Shown piece after piece: positions 21,604-31,807 of a DNA stretch of 64,000 nt (position 1 is the stretch's first letter; each line of letters starts with the position of its first letter). The notes beneath the pieces are model-generated. The model ran no database searches. It was given only the letters and a program-made list of their open reading frames with translations, and was not told the DNA's origin. Source of the DNA: Candidatus Omnitrophota bacterium (GTDB lineage: Bacteria > Ratteibacteria > UBA8468 > B48-G9 > DTJG01); contig JAMDAS010000017.1 of the NCBI GenBank assembly GCA_023484085.1, positions 1,430 to 65,429 of the forward strand. Direction: 5' to 3'. The position numbers and the translations under genes are program-made.

Positions 21604-21818
21604 AAAAATCCTCCTTTTATATTATACTATATTTATCTCAAGGAAAACTAATATTCTGTGAACCACTGAGCTCTCCCCAAAAAATCAGACAGTCCTGATA
21701 GGTGTATTTTAACATAATCAGGGACTAATTTTCCCCGGAAATTATTTGACACAACAGGGGGGCTTGAAAAAAATTCATATCTGATGTAATATGTTGGTTT
21801 TGAAATAAAGGGGGGGAA

Positions 21819-21953
21819 ATGTCTGTTACTTACAAACCAAGCAATCTGCGAAGAAAAAGAACACATGGCTTTAGAAAAAGAATGAAGACCAGAGATGGTC
21901 AAAAGGTATTAAGCAGAAGAAGAAAAAAGGGAAGAAAAAGACTTACCGTATGA
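21819..21953 (+). CDS. rpmH: 50S ribosomal protein L34
   Basis: Hand translation [44 protein letters not shown]. Below the 60-aa ORF-track cutoff. ATGA overlap with rnpA. Confidence 0.9.
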   Translation: MSVTYKPSNLRRKRTHGFRKRMKTRDGQKVLSRRRKKGRKRLTV

Positions 21954-22249
21954 GAAACCTATACAGGCTCAAAAAAACGGCTAAAAAACTTGTTATGCCG
22001 TCTTTTAACATGTATTATATCCCGGAAAAGCATGGCAAACCCAAAATAGGTTTTATAATAAGCAAAAAAATTTGTAAAAAAGCAACGGAAAGAAATAGAA
22101 TCAAGAGAAAAATCAGAGAATTCATAAGGAATAATTTTATATCAGGTGATTTTTCAATATTGTTAAAAAATTCCTCTGTTGAAGAAATACTGACCGGACT
22201 GAAAAATGTTATTGAAAAAAATATTAATTTTTTTAATCAGATTATATAA
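21950..22249 (+). CDS. rnpA: RNase P protein component
   Basis: Small basic protein immediately after rpmH in the conserved order. Confidence 0.8.
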   Translation: MRNLYRLKKTAKKLVMPSFNMYYIPEKHGKPKIGFIISKKICKKATERNRIKRKIREFIRNNFISGDFSILLKNSSVEEILTGLKNVIEKNINFFNQII

Positions 22250-22436
22250 AGGGATTATATCGCCTTTTGGAGGACAGCACTGCCGTTTTTATCCATCCTG
22301 CTCTTCCTATTCAATTGAGGCAATTGAAAAATTCGGATGTTGCAGGGGAATGTTGCTTTCAATTAAAAGAATATTAAGATGTAACATGTTTAATCCCGGC
22401 GGATTTGACTCTGTCCCGGAAAGGATAAAAAAATGA
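22206..22436 (+). CDS. yidD: Membrane protein insertion efficiency factor YidD
   Basis: Conserved motif [23 protein letters not shown]. Confidence 0.75.
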   Translation: MLLKKILIFLIRLYKGIISPFGGQHCRFYPSCSSYSIEAIEKFGCCRGMLLSIKRILRCNMFNPGGFDSVPERIKK

Positions 22437-23992
22437 AAGACGAATCCAGATTAATTATTGCATTTATCCTGTCAATTGTCGTTATTGTATTTTTCAGTAT
22501 TTACCAGGGTAAAAAAATGACAGCACAGCCTGTCAGAAAATCTGCTGTCCGGCAAACTCCCACGCAGACTTTACCTGTTTCCCAAATACCCGCTCCACAA
22601 ACGCAACCTTTACAAACTACTGCGGAAAAACAGATTAAGTTTTCAAATAAAAAAATTATCTTTCAGAACAGGCTTTTTTATTCAATGATAGACCCTCTTG
22701 GTGGCAAAATAAAATATTTTGGATTGAAAAATTTTACAAGAGCAGGGAAAAAACGATTTACATTTTTTAATTCAGGCTGGACCTTTGTGGATTTTTATCC
22801 GTGGCAAACCAGTCAGATTCCTTATCAGCAGGTACTGTCAAAAAAAACCGCTCAAATTGTTTTGAAAACATCCTCATCTTCATATTTGCTGGAAAAAACA
22901 TTCCAGTTTCATCCTGATAAATACAAATTCAGATTTAATCTCAGTATAACGAATACGACAGGAAAATCAGTTAAATTTCCCGGAGCAATTATTGAGCTCG
23001 GTAAAATGAATTCTGTAGTGGAACATTTTTCAAACCAGCTCTTCCCTGAATTCACTGTCCTTACAAATGGCAGTAATGTTCAAAAATTTAACCTTGAGGG
23101 AATAAACCAAAAACAAAAAACAACGGGCAGAGCACTTGCCGTCCAGAACAGATTCCAGTTATATTACTTCAGGTTTAAAAAACCCGTTGAAATATATGCG
23201 GAAAATAATGGGAAGGACATTATCTGGTGGATATCCCTGCCGCAAAAAGACATTAAAAGCAAAGATACATATCAATTCCCCATAACTGCATATATTGGCC
23301 CATCAGATTATTTTATTGCCAAAAAAGAAATCTCTTCAACATGGGTACTGGGAACAGGACCATTTGCATCCATAGGAAGATTTGTTTTCCAGGTATTAGG
23401 TGGTATACATAAAATACTGCCAAACTGGGGATGGGCGATTATTATCCTTACAGTTCTTGTAAAAATTATTTTCTTTCCACTCACAAAGAATGGCGTCAGG
23501 TCAATGAAACAGATACAAAAATTAAGACCTTATCTTAAAGACATACAGACAAAATACAAGGATAATCCCCAAATGATGCAAAAAGAACTTATGAATCTTT
23601 ACAGAACATATAAAATAAATCCTTTTGGAGGATGTCTGCCTTTTCTTATCCAGATACCAATTTTTATAGGATTTTTCATTGCATTGAAAAATTCCATATT
23701 TTTAAGAGGGAGTCCCTTTATTCTATGGATAAAAGACCTTTCCATGCCGGATACAATTTTTCATATTGGCACAATCCCGGTTAATATTCTTCCATTCATT
23801 ATGTTTGTTACTTATTTTTTCCAGCAAAAAATGATGCCACAGATGGACCCGTCAGCAAAATACATGAATTATTTAATACCTTTTGTAATGTTATTCCTGT
23901 TTTATAATTTCTCCTCAGGCTTACTGCTGTACTGGGTGGTAATGAGTGGCCTCGGACTTGCTGAACAGTGGTATATTGGAAAAGGAGCATAA
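22433..23992 (+). CDS. yidC: Membrane protein insertase YidC
   Basis: 519 aa. Periplasmic domain plus C-terminal 5-TM 60-kDa insertase region. rpmH-rnpA-yidD-yidC synteny. Confidence 0.85.
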   Translation: MKDESRLIIAFILSIVVIVFFSIYQGKKMTAQPVRKSAVRQTPTQTLPVSQIPAPQTQPLQTTAEKQIKFSNKKIIFQNRLFYSMIDPLGGKIKYFGLKNFTRAGKKRFTFFNSGWTFVDFYPWQTSQIPYQQVLSKKTAQIVLKTSSSSYLLEKTFQFHPDKYKFRFNLSITNTTGKSVKFPGAIIELGKMNSVVEHFSNQLFPEFTVLTNGSNVQKFNLEGINQKQKTTGRALAVQNRFQLYYFRFKKPVEIYAENNGKDIIWWISLPQKDIKSKDTYQFPITAYIGPSDYFIAKKEISSTWVLGTGPFASIGRFVFQVLGGIHKILPNWGWAIIILTVLVKIIFFPLTKNGVRSMKQIQKLRPYLKDIQTKYKDNPQMMQKELMNLYRTYKINPFGGCLPFLIQIPIFIGFFIALKNSIFLRGSPFILWIKDLSMPDTIFHIGTIPVNILPFIMFVTYFFQQKMMPQMDPSAKYMNYLIPFVMLFLFYNFSSGLLLYWVVMSGLGLAEQWYIGKGA

Positions 23993-24004
23993 GCAGGAAA
24001 TCTC

Positions 24005-24652
24005 CTATATTAGTTTCATTCTCCTCAGAAAATCTACGGATGCCTTGATTTCTGCATCCTTTTTGGTGGTTCCCTTTCCTTTTCCTGCAGTTTGTTTTCT
24101 ATCAACCTCCACCCTGACATAAAAAGTTTTTCCATGAGGGGGACCTTCCTCTCTTTCAAGAATATAATGGACATTCGCTTTATATTTTTCCCATACAATT
24201 GTCTTGAGAATGTTTTTATAGTCCAAAAGCGGCTCAATCTTTTTTTTAAGAATAAATTTTTTTATAAATTTCTCGGATGCATGCATTCCACCATCAAGAT
24301 AAAGCGCACCTATAATTGATTCAACTATCTGGTCCAATCTATATGCTGTAAGTCCTTTTGCCGCGACAAAATCCTGTAGTTTCAGATTTTCTCCAACAGC
24401 CTGTAAAAAATTCTTGTTTATATAAGCTGCCTTCATATCCGTAAGAAAAGCTTCATTTTTTTCAGGCATCTGGATAAACACGTGTATGGCGATTACAACG
24501 TTTAAAATGGCATCTCCAAGAAATTCAAATCTTTCATAAGAAGCTCTATTTTCAGGATAAGCATAAGAGGAATGCGTTAATGCCTGGTTGAGAAGTTCCT
24601 TGTTTTTAAACTGGTAACCGAGTATCTTTTCTAATCTTATCAATTTCTCCAT
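24005..24652 (-). CDS. rnc: Ribonuclease III
   Basis: ERFEFLGDA signature plus C-terminal dsRBD. Confidence 0.9.
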   Translation of the reverse strand: MEKLIRLEKILGYQFKNKELLNQALTHSSYAYPENRASYERFEFLGDAILNVVIAIHVFIQMPEKNEAFLTDMKAAYINKNFLQAVGENLKLQDFVAAKGLTAYRLDQIVESIIGALYLDGGMHASEKFIKKFILKKKIEPLLDYKNILKTIVWEKYKANVHYILEREEGPPHGKTFYVRVEVDRKQTAGKGKGTTKKDAEIKASVDFLRRMKLI

Positions 24653-26072
24653 ATATAATCACCACCATTAAAATAAAAAATATAAAAGCAAGAGGTATGT
24701 TTCCCCATCTTGTATAAAAAGAAATCCTGTTTACAGGGAAAACGTCTGCTTTTATCACGCCTGCCGTAAAAAGCCGTTTAGTCCCTTTATGAAAAACCTT
24801 TTCAATCTTACCACCCGGGGATACCAGCCCTGTAATCCCGGTGGTTGAAACCTGTAAAACGTATCTTCTGTTTTCTATAGCACGAAAAACGTTTTGTGTA
24901 AAATGCTGCCATGGACCAAAAGATTTCCCAAACCATGAATCATTCGTAAGAGTGATAAGAAACTGACTGCCGGCAAGAACCTTTTTTCTGCTTATACCCG
25001 GGAAAATGTTTTCATAGCAGATAAGCGGGGAAAATCTATAACCATCCAGGGAAAACATTTCATCTTTTTTACCCGGTGAAAGGTCGGGTATAAAATGATA
25101 TGGGTTTTCTTTTTTATATATATCCCTGAACCACTTAAATCTTTTGCCGGGAAGATATTCTCCATACGGAACAAGATGCAGTTTATGATACACGGCATAT
25201 TTGTCCCTGTTTAAAAAAAATGCCGCATTAAAAAATTTATTATCCTTACTATCTATTGAGCCAAAAAGTATTGGCTGTGTTCTTGAAAATTTTAAAAGTT
25301 TATTCCATAAAGAAGGGTATTCCTTAATAAGAGAGGGAAAACTGCTTTCAGGCCAGATTATTAGATCAGCCTTTCCTTTAAGAGGTTTACTCATCTCCCA
25401 GTATTTATAAAAAGATTCCCTGGGGGGTTCTCCAACAAAACCTGCATCAGCCTGAACAGCATATATTCTTATCTTATTTTTACGGGCATTTAAAGACATT
25501 TTCCAATGCGGGACAAAAAACATTATGGCTGCGACAATAATTAAAAAAGATAAAAATTCCCATGCTCTTTTCTTCCGGAACAAAGACGTAATAGAAAAGT
25601 TTGATAATAAAACAAGGCAGGATATACCATATACACCTGTGAGAGAAGCAAACTGGTTTATGGAGCTGTCATTCCACTGGGAAAATCCAATTAAAAGCCA
25701 TGGAAATCCTGTCAAAAGATGGGTAATTATAATCTCAATAAAAAACCATAAAGGTATGCCGAGATATATTCTTTTGGCGGGCGGGAATGAAAAAACAATA
25801 CAGGTAAACGTTCCCCACCATAAAGCAAAATACAGGCAGAGGAAAAGATAGGCAAATCCTGCAACATTGAAAATCCATGAAAGCCCGATTGTATAAAAAA
25901 CAAAACCTGCAATGCATCCTTTGAAAAAATTTAAAGCATTATCTTTCTCTTCAAGAGAAAAAAAAAGCGGTATAAACCCAATAAATGCCAAATACCACAG
26001 GTTAAATGGTGGAAATGATATTGATAAAATAATACCGCTTAAAACAGCCAGTAAAAATTTTACACTTCTCAA
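24606..26072 (-). CDS. lnt: Apolipoprotein N-acyltransferase
   Basis: N-terminal polytopic membrane domain plus nitrilase-type domain with catalytic Cys in LICYENIFP. 47-bp overlap with rnc. Confidence 0.8.
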   Translation of the reverse strand: MRSVKFLLAVLSGIILSISFPPFNLWYLAFIGFIPLFFSLEEKDNALNFFKGCIAGFVFYTIGLSWIFNVAGFAYLFLCLYFALWWGTFTCIVFSFPPAKRIYLGIPLWFFIEIIITHLLTGFPWLLIGFSQWNDSSINQFASLTGVYGISCLVLLSNFSITSLFRKKRAWEFLSFLIIVAAIMFFVPHWKMSLNARKNKIRIYAVQADAGFVGEPPRESFYKYWEMSKPLKGKADLIIWPESSFPSLIKEYPSLWNKLLKFSRTQPILFGSIDSKDNKFFNAAFFLNRDKYAVYHKLHLVPYGEYLPGKRFKWFRDIYKKENPYHFIPDLSPGKKDEMFSLDGYRFSPLICYENIFPGISRKKVLAGSQFLITLTNDSWFGKSFGPWQHFTQNVFRAIENRRYVLQVSTTGITGLVSPGGKIEKVFHKGTKRLFTAGVIKADVFPVNRISFYTRWGNIPLAFIFFILMVVIIYGEIDKIRKDTRLPV

Positions 26073-26087
26073 GAATTTCCTTTTCTT

Positions 26088-26561
26088 TTATCTTGTCAGA
26101 TTTTCAAAATCCTCTTCGTGGTCCACTTCCTCCTGGAGAATATGACACGCTAACTGGTACGTAAGATGGTCTTTTCCCTGGCATAATTCTGCAATTTTCT
26201 GGTAAACGTCTATAGCAGTTCTTTCTGCATTAATGACCACATTAATTATTTTATTATCATCCATATCTTCCGGTGGATAAGGATATGGAGCGTTGGCATT
26301 ATCTCCCCACTTTTTAGGGTCTGCCACTGGAGTTCCTCCAAGCTCTACAATTCTTTTTGCAAGCTCATCAGCATGTTCTAATTCTTCCTTGGCTGTCTCT
26401 TCAAGCATCTCTGACATATCCTCAGTAGCCTTTCCCACTGTATTCTGAGCCATATAATGATAAGAATGGTATGCAAGCCATTCATCACAATATGCTTTTT
26501 TTAATTCGTCAATCACTTTCCCCGCGTCCATCTTTATAATTTCTTTAGCTTTCTTACCCAT
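26088..26561 (-). CDS. Ferritin-like (bacterioferritin/Dps-like) diiron protein
   Basis: E-x-x-H ferroxidase-type motifs (EELEHADE, EEVDHEED). Start moved to the ATG preceded by GGAGGA (MGKKAKEI). Confidence 0.55.
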   Translation of the reverse strand: MGKKAKEIIKMDAGKVIDELKKAYCDEWLAYHSYHYMAQNTVGKATEDMSEMLEETAKEELEHADELAKRIVELGGTPVADPKKWGDNANAPYPYPPEDMDDNKIINVVINAERTAIDVYQKIAELCQGKDHLTYQLACHILQEEVDHEEDFENLTR

Positions 26562-26676
26562 TTGTTCCTCCTGTGTTGACCAACTTTTTATCGTATCAAT
26601 TCTAAAGCAGTTAAACAAGTCCGGGTTTTCATTTTCCACTTTATATCACTAATAAAGATTGAAAATAAAACTCAAC

Positions 26677-27861
26677 TTATTCTTTTATTCTCGGTATTAT
26701 CTCTTCTGTTAATTTATTTTTTAATTCCTCTATCTCTTTGTCTGTTGGTTTAAATTTAACATAAAAACCAGGGGCAATCAAATCAAAAGATGCATTTTGG
26801 ACAAACCCTTCAAGTTTTTCAAAAGCATTTTTTGCCCATCCATAAGAGCCTGTACACCATGCTTTTCTGTTTGAAAATTTAAGCCCTGAAAGATATACAA
26901 GAACCTTTCCCATTGTTGGAAGAATCTGGTTATGCAGTATAGGAGAGGCAAAAACAATAAATTTAGCATCAAGAATTTCAGTGGGAATATCTGAAATGTC
27001 TCTCTTTGAAACGTTAAAGAGCTCTGTTTTTATTCCTGACCCGGATAATTGCTGGTAGCATGTATCTGCTAAAATTTCTGTAGACCCCCACATTGTATCA
27101 TAAACTATCAAAGCTTTATCACCCGGGGTATGTTTTGCCCATTTTGTATAGTCAGAAATAATAAGTTCAATATCCTGTTTTCTTCTCCATATCATACCAT
27201 GGGCAGGCGCAATCATTTTAATGTCCAGTCCTTTTAAAGCATCCAGTGCCTTTATAATTGACGTACCATAAGGTGTAAGTATGTTTGCATAATATTTTGC
27301 TGCTTCTTTTAAAACAATGTCAATACCTGCCTCATCTGCAAACATACAACTTTTTCCATAGTGCTGCCCAAAGCCATCATTGGAAAAAAGAATATTTTCC
27401 TCCTTGAGATACGTCACCATGGAATCAGGCCAGTGGACAAGAGGCGTATGAAAAAATTTTAACGTTTTTGTACCAGTTGATAACTCCTCTGTATTTCCAA
27501 CAACCCTGTACTTTGCAGGAAGAATACCATATTTTTCAAGATTTTCTTTCCCATGTGGAGAGCAAAGAAGCACGGCATTTGGTGCCTTCTCCATAATGTT
27601 AATAATTGCCCCTGAATGGTCTTTTTCTGCATGATTTGAAACAACGTAGTCTATTTTTTCAACGGGTATAATGGACGATAGGTTATTTATCATCCGGCTT
27701 ACAAACGTGCAGGAATTCTTCACCGTATCAACAAGCGTAATTTTATTGTCAATTAAAAGATAGGCATTATAGGTTGTGCCTCCAGATGTATGATATCCAT
27801 GAAAATCCGTCAAATTCCAATCCACCACTCCAACAGAATAAATATTTTTTGCAATCTTCAT
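26677..27861 (-). CDS. Flavodiiron protein (FprA/ROO-type; MBL domain + flavodoxin domain)
   Basis: N-terminal metallo-beta-lactamase-like diiron domain (HAEKDHSG), C-terminal flavodoxin-like domain. Length 394 aa. Confidence 0.75.
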   Translation of the reverse strand: MKIAKNIYSVGVVDWNLTDFHGYHTSGGTTYNAYLLIDNKITLVDTVKNSCTFVSRMINNLSSIIPVEKIDYVVSNHAEKDHSGAIINIMEKAPNAVLLCSPHGKENLEKYGILPAKYRVVGNTEELSTGTKTLKFFHTPLVHWPDSMVTYLKEENILFSNDGFGQHYGKSCMFADEAGIDIVLKEAAKYYANILTPYGTSIIKALDALKGLDIKMIAPAHGMIWRRKQDIELIISDYTKWAKHTPGDKALIVYDTMWGSTEILADTCYQQLSGSGIKTELFNVSKRDISDIPTEILDAKFIVFASPILHNQILPTMGKVLVYLSGLKFSNRKAWCTGSYGWAKNAFEKLEGFVQNASFDLIAPGFYVKFKPTDKEIEELKNKLTEEIIPRIKE

Positions 27862-27966
27862 ATATTCTCACCATCCACATTAACTGAAATTCTCACATAA
27901 GAAAAAAGAATAAGTTTGGATTGTCTCTTACTTTAAGCCAGTGTAAATATTTCTTAGGTCAGAATT

Positions 27967-28125
27967 TTAATTTATAAGCTCAAACTCTTCTTTTGGCGCA
28001 CCACATTCAGGACATAGCCAATCATCAGGCAGTGCTTCAAAATCTGTTCCCGGATTTATCCCCTGTGTACTATCACCAACTGCAGGGTCATATATGTATT
28101 CACAAACCTTGCATTTATATTTCAT
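27967..28125 (-). CDS. Rubredoxin
   Basis: Hand-found 52-aa ORF absent from the track: [18 protein letters not shown]...[19 protein letters not shown], with two CxxC knuckles. Confidence 0.8.
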   Translation of the reverse strand: MKYKCKVCEYIYDPAVGDSTQGINPGTDFEALPDDWLCPECGAPKEEFELIN

Positions 28126-28626
28126 TTATTCACCATAAACCCCATAAAATTTTGTTTTTAGTATTTCTTCCAATATAGACTTATGTTTTCTTTCTTCTCC
28201 TGTGATTTTTTCAAGAATAATCTTTGTATGTTCATCTTTTATCATTTTTTGATAGAATGAAAAAAGTTCAATGCTTTTTATTTCAATATAAATTCCAAAT
28301 TCAATGACATCTTTAACTTTTTTAAATAACGTCCAGTCATACCTGCCCTCAAAAACTCCAAAATTCATCATCTGATAAATATTATCTTCATCTATATTTT
28401 CAGGTTTTGGAATATTCTTCTGCATATTCTTGAATGTTTCATAATGTTTGACTTCTGCTTTTTTAAGAGTTTCCATAATATCTTTTGTCCCTTTATCTTC
28501 TATGATTTCCGCAAAATGCCCATAGAATTTTTCACCATGTTGCTCAATATTACAGGCAATCTCAAAAGCCACCCATGGATTAAAATCCACTATATCAATT
28601 TTTCCTTCAGTTTTGGTTATCTTCAT
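28126..28626 (-). CDS. Rubrerythrin/erythrin-like ferritin-fold protein
   Basis: Two E-x-x-H diiron motifs (EVKHYE, GEERKHKS). No C-terminal rubredoxin domain. Start uncertain. Confidence 0.5.
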   Translation of the reverse strand: MKITKTEGKIDIVDFNPWVAFEIACNIEQHGEKFYGHFAEIIEDKGTKDIMETLKKAEVKHYETFKNMQKNIPKPENIDEDNIYQMMNFGVFEGRYDWTLFKKVKDVIEFGIYIEIKSIELFSFYQKMIKDEHTKIILEKITGEERKHKSILEEILKTKFYGVYGE

Positions 28627-30049
28627 TTTTTCTGAATATTTTTTCAGCAACCTCCTTATCTATTGCCTTTAAATTTCTTCCGCCATCATACACTTTCTCC
28701 CAGATAGGGTCCCACATGGAATGGAGCTCTTTTGAGTAATTATCAAGAAAATCAGCTATATTATCTTTAAGAAGACTTTCTGCCCCGGGATGTGTTGATT
28801 TTGCCCCGCTTTCTGTTACAATCTGTCTTAAAACTTCAGGTTCATCTATAATCATACATGGGCACATAAGATTTTTGGAATATGGCTGTTTTGATTTTAT
28901 CATCTTAAATAGTTTGCTGTTAAGGGCATCTTTCAGGGAAGTCTTTGTTATGTTATCCAGGGCAAAATGTGTGAAAACACATGGTTCAATGTCCCCGTTT
29001 ACGTTTATGTGGAAATATACCCTTCCCCCGGCAATACAACCGCAGGCAAGATGTCCATCATTCCAGAAATCAGCAAGAATTATTGGCTTTGTATCCCTGA
29101 TAACCTGTAATCTTTCTCTTACATAGTGTCTCTGTTTAGGGGTTGCCATAAGATGAATATCCGGCTCCCTTCCTATAGGTATATACTGAAAATACCAGCC
29201 AAAAATAGCACCATTTTCAATCATAAAATCAATGAACTCATCGCTGTAGATTAATTCCGCGTTCAGTCTTGTACACGTTGCTGAAAAACCAAAAAGAACC
29301 TTATTTTCTCTTAAAAGGCCCCATGTTTCCTGTATTCTTTTAAAAATACCCGACCCTCTCCTGAAATCCGTTTCTTTTTCAAAACCTTCCAGGCTGATTG
29401 CAGGAGCAACGTTTCCCATACGACCAAGCCTTTCTGCAATCTTTTTATCTATCAACGTCCCATTGGTATATACAAGAAAATACATGTCACTGTGCTTTTC
29501 CCACAGGTCAAGAAGGTCTTTTCTGTAAAAAGGCTCCCCACCGCTTACGGTTATAAAATATATGCCCAGCTCTTTTGCCTGGGTAAAAAGATTATCAATT
29601 GTTTCTGTTGTTAAAACGTCTGCTTTTGTATAATCGGCTGCATAACAACCGATACATTTCAGGTTGCATCTCATTGACGGGCTGATAACAAAGAAAAACG
29701 GGGGCTTCCACCCTTCCTCCTGGTATATCCTGTTTCTTTTCCGTGTACCCAAAAACATCGCATTTATAAAAAGATTCTGCGCCATTTTTTCTTTTGTCTG
29801 CGGAGAAACTTTTCTTGCAATCCGCCTTGCAAGTTCAAGAGATGGATGACCATTTTCAAATTTTTCCCGGACAACCTTTACTCTTTCTTTTTGTGCCTCA
29901 TTGGCTACAATATATTCTGCAAATTTTGTCAGACGGACAATATTGGCATCTGATAGATGAGAAAGTAAGCTTAAGATACCTTTTATAGTCTGTTTGGTGC
30001 CATAATTTTTTATACCCTGCCTGATATCAGTTAAAGTAATATTTTCCAT
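28607..30049 (-). CDS. Radical SAM protein with SPASM-like C-terminal Cys cluster
   Basis: CNLKCIGCYA (CxxxCxxC) plus downstream ACGCIAGG...CVFTH Cys-rich region. Start at MENITLT, preceded by GGAGG. Confidence 0.6.
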   Translation of the reverse strand: MENITLTDIRQGIKNYGTKQTIKGILSLLSHLSDANIVRLTKFAEYIVANEAQKERVKVVREKFENGHPSLELARRIARKVSPQTKEKMAQNLFINAMFLGTRKRNRIYQEEGWKPPFFFVISPSMRCNLKCIGCYAADYTKADVLTTETIDNLFTQAKELGIYFITVSGGEPFYRKDLLDLWEKHSDMYFLVYTNGTLIDKKIAERLGRMGNVAPAISLEGFEKETDFRRGSGIFKRIQETWGLLRENKVLFGFSATCTRLNAELIYSDEFIDFMIENGAIFGWYFQYIPIGREPDIHLMATPKQRHYVRERLQVIRDTKPIILADFWNDGHLACGCIAGGRVYFHINVNGDIEPCVFTHFALDNITKTSLKDALNSKLFKMIKSKQPYSKNLMCPCMIIDEPEVLRQIVTESGAKSTHPGAESLLKDNIADFLDNYSKELHSMWDPIWEKVYDGGRNLKAIDKEVAEKIFRKNEDNQN

Positions 30050-30132
30050 CGCAACCTCCTTATTAAAATAAATATACCTTATCTTAATATACCTGAAAAA
30101 GGCTACAATTGTAATCAGCAATACCGAAAAAT

Positions 30133-30492
30133 TTATTCCACCAATTCAATGGTTTTGTTGTTATCTTTCAGCCTGATGGATTTTTTCTTCCAGTCTTTTG
30201 CCTCTTTTTCATCTATAATACAGCTTGAAAGGACTATAATATTGTCTCCTATTTCAAAAAATCTTGATGCAGGACCATTTAAGGATATTTCACCTGAACC
30301 GGATTCACCTGGGATAATATAGGTTGTTATCCTGGCTCCATTGTTAACGTTTAATACGTCCACCATCTCACCAGGCACCATTCCGGATTTTTCAATAATA
30401 TCCATGTCAATCTTTATACTTCCCTGATAGTATAATTCCTTTCCTGTAACAACTCCATTTGAAATTTTCGATTTACACATTATATAAAACAT
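30133..30492 (-). CDS. panD: Aspartate 1-decarboxylase
   Basis: MFYIMCKSKISNGVVTG...YQGSIKID matches the PanD N-terminus, including the pyruvoyl-forming G-S. Confidence 0.8.
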   Translation of the reverse strand: MFYIMCKSKISNGVVTGKELYYQGSIKIDMDIIEKSGMVPGEMVDVLNVNNGARITTYIIPGESGSGEISLNGPASRFFEIGDNIIVLSSCIIDEKEAKDWKKKSIRLKDNNKTIELVE

Positions 30493-30499
30493 TTTTCCT

Positions 30500-31342
30500 T
30501 TACTCCCAGAGTATATTATCAATAAGTCTTATATTCTCCACTCTTATGGCACCGAGAATACCTGTACCTTTTACAATTTCTTTTACCGGTTCAAGTGTCA
30601 ATAAACTTACAGCCTCAAGGTAATCAATAATTACAGATTCTTTTAAAATAATCTTTTTGCCCGAATTCAGCAAAATTCCCGTATCCCTTACGCCAGAATA
30701 TTCTACCATTTCATATATTTTATGTAAAGAATTATAAAGTGACGTGGCCTTTTTTCTTCCTCCAGGTGAAAGATAAACGTTCCTTGAGCTTAATGCCAGC
30801 CCATCTTTATCTCTTACTGTGGGCATTCCTACTATGTCAATGGACAGATTTAGTTCTTCAGCCATTTTTTTTATAATTATCAGCTGCTGGGCATCTTTCC
30901 ATCCAAAGTATGCCATGTCAGGCTGGATTATGTTAAAAATTTTTGCAACAATCGTACATACGCCCTTGAAATGGCATTGTCTGAATTTACCTTCAATCTT
31001 TTCTGAAAGTTTTTCTACGTTAACCCATGTGCCAAAATTTTCCGGATACATTTCTTCCGGAGCAGGTATAAATACAACGTCAATATTTTCATTCCGTAGA
31101 ATTTTTATATCTTTTTCTATCTGTCGCGGATATTTTTCATAATCCTCACCGGGTCCAAACTGTGATGGATTGACAAAAATACTTACCACGGCAAATCCAC
31201 AATCCTCCACTGCTTTTTTTACAAGAGAAATATGACCTCTATGTAATGCCCCCATTGTAGGAACAAGTCCAATCCGCTTATCCTGTTTCCCTGCCTGTCT
31301 TATTATGCTTTTTACTTCCTGGATTTTTGAGGTTATGAACAT
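30500..31342 (-). CDS. panC: Pantoate--beta-alanine ligase
   Basis: LVPTMGALHRGH motif. Confidence 0.9.
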   Translation of the reverse strand: MFITSKIQEVKSIIRQAGKQDKRIGLVPTMGALHRGHISLVKKAVEDCGFAVVSIFVNPSQFGPGEDYEKYPRQIEKDIKILRNENIDVVFIPAPEEMYPENFGTWVNVEKLSEKIEGKFRQCHFKGVCTIVAKIFNIIQPDMAYFGWKDAQQLIIIKKMAEELNLSIDIVGMPTVRDKDGLALSSRNVYLSPGGRKKATSLYNSLHKIYEMVEYSGVRDTGILLNSGKKIILKESVIIDYLEAVSLLTLEPVKEIVKGTGILGAIRVENIRLIDNILWE

Positions 31343-31793
31343 TAATGTTTCTCCATAACTGTTTTATTGACTTGCCTATAACAGGATGTTTCTTTAAAGG
31401 CGCAATATCTAAAAGCCCTTTCAGGACAAAATCCCTGCAATGAAGCCGTGGATGTGGAATTTGAAGCCCTTTTTTATTAATCCTTATATCGCCATAAAAT
31501 AAAATATCAAGGTCAATGGTCCTGGCTTCTCCCTTGTTATGCCCGGATTTCCTTCCCAATTTTTCTTCAATCTTCTGTAGAAACAAGGCAATTTCCCACG
31601 GTGAATCTTCTGTTTCCCCTTTTACAACACAATTTATAAAATATCCCCCTTGTACCCCTTCCTGTGGAGGATTCTTATAAAAACGTGAGACATTGTCAAT
31701 ATTAATTCTTTCAGACATTAGCTCCAGGGTCTTGTTTATATTCTCTTCCCTTTTACCAATATTGCTGCCTATTCCAATAAAAACCTCAGCCAT
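31278..31793 (-). CDS. folK: 6-hydroxymethyl-7,8-dihydropterin pyrophosphokinase
   Basis: IGIGSNIG ... TIDLDILFYGD motifs. Confidence 0.8.
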   Translation of the reverse strand: MAEVFIGIGSNIGKREENINKTLELMSERINIDNVSRFYKNPPQEGVQGGYFINCVVKGETEDSPWEIALFLQKIEEKLGRKSGHNKGEARTIDLDILFYGDIRINKKGLQIPHPRLHCRDFVLKGLLDIAPLKKHPVIGKSIKQLWRNINVHNLKNPGSKKHNKTGRETG

Positions 31794-31807
31794 AAATATA
31801 AGTAAAA

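Noticed and set aside
21648-21902. 84-aa minus-strand ORF overlapping the rpmH promoter and coding region
   Set aside because: It overlaps the universally conserved rpmH gene on the opposite strand and has no recognisable features, so it is spurious.
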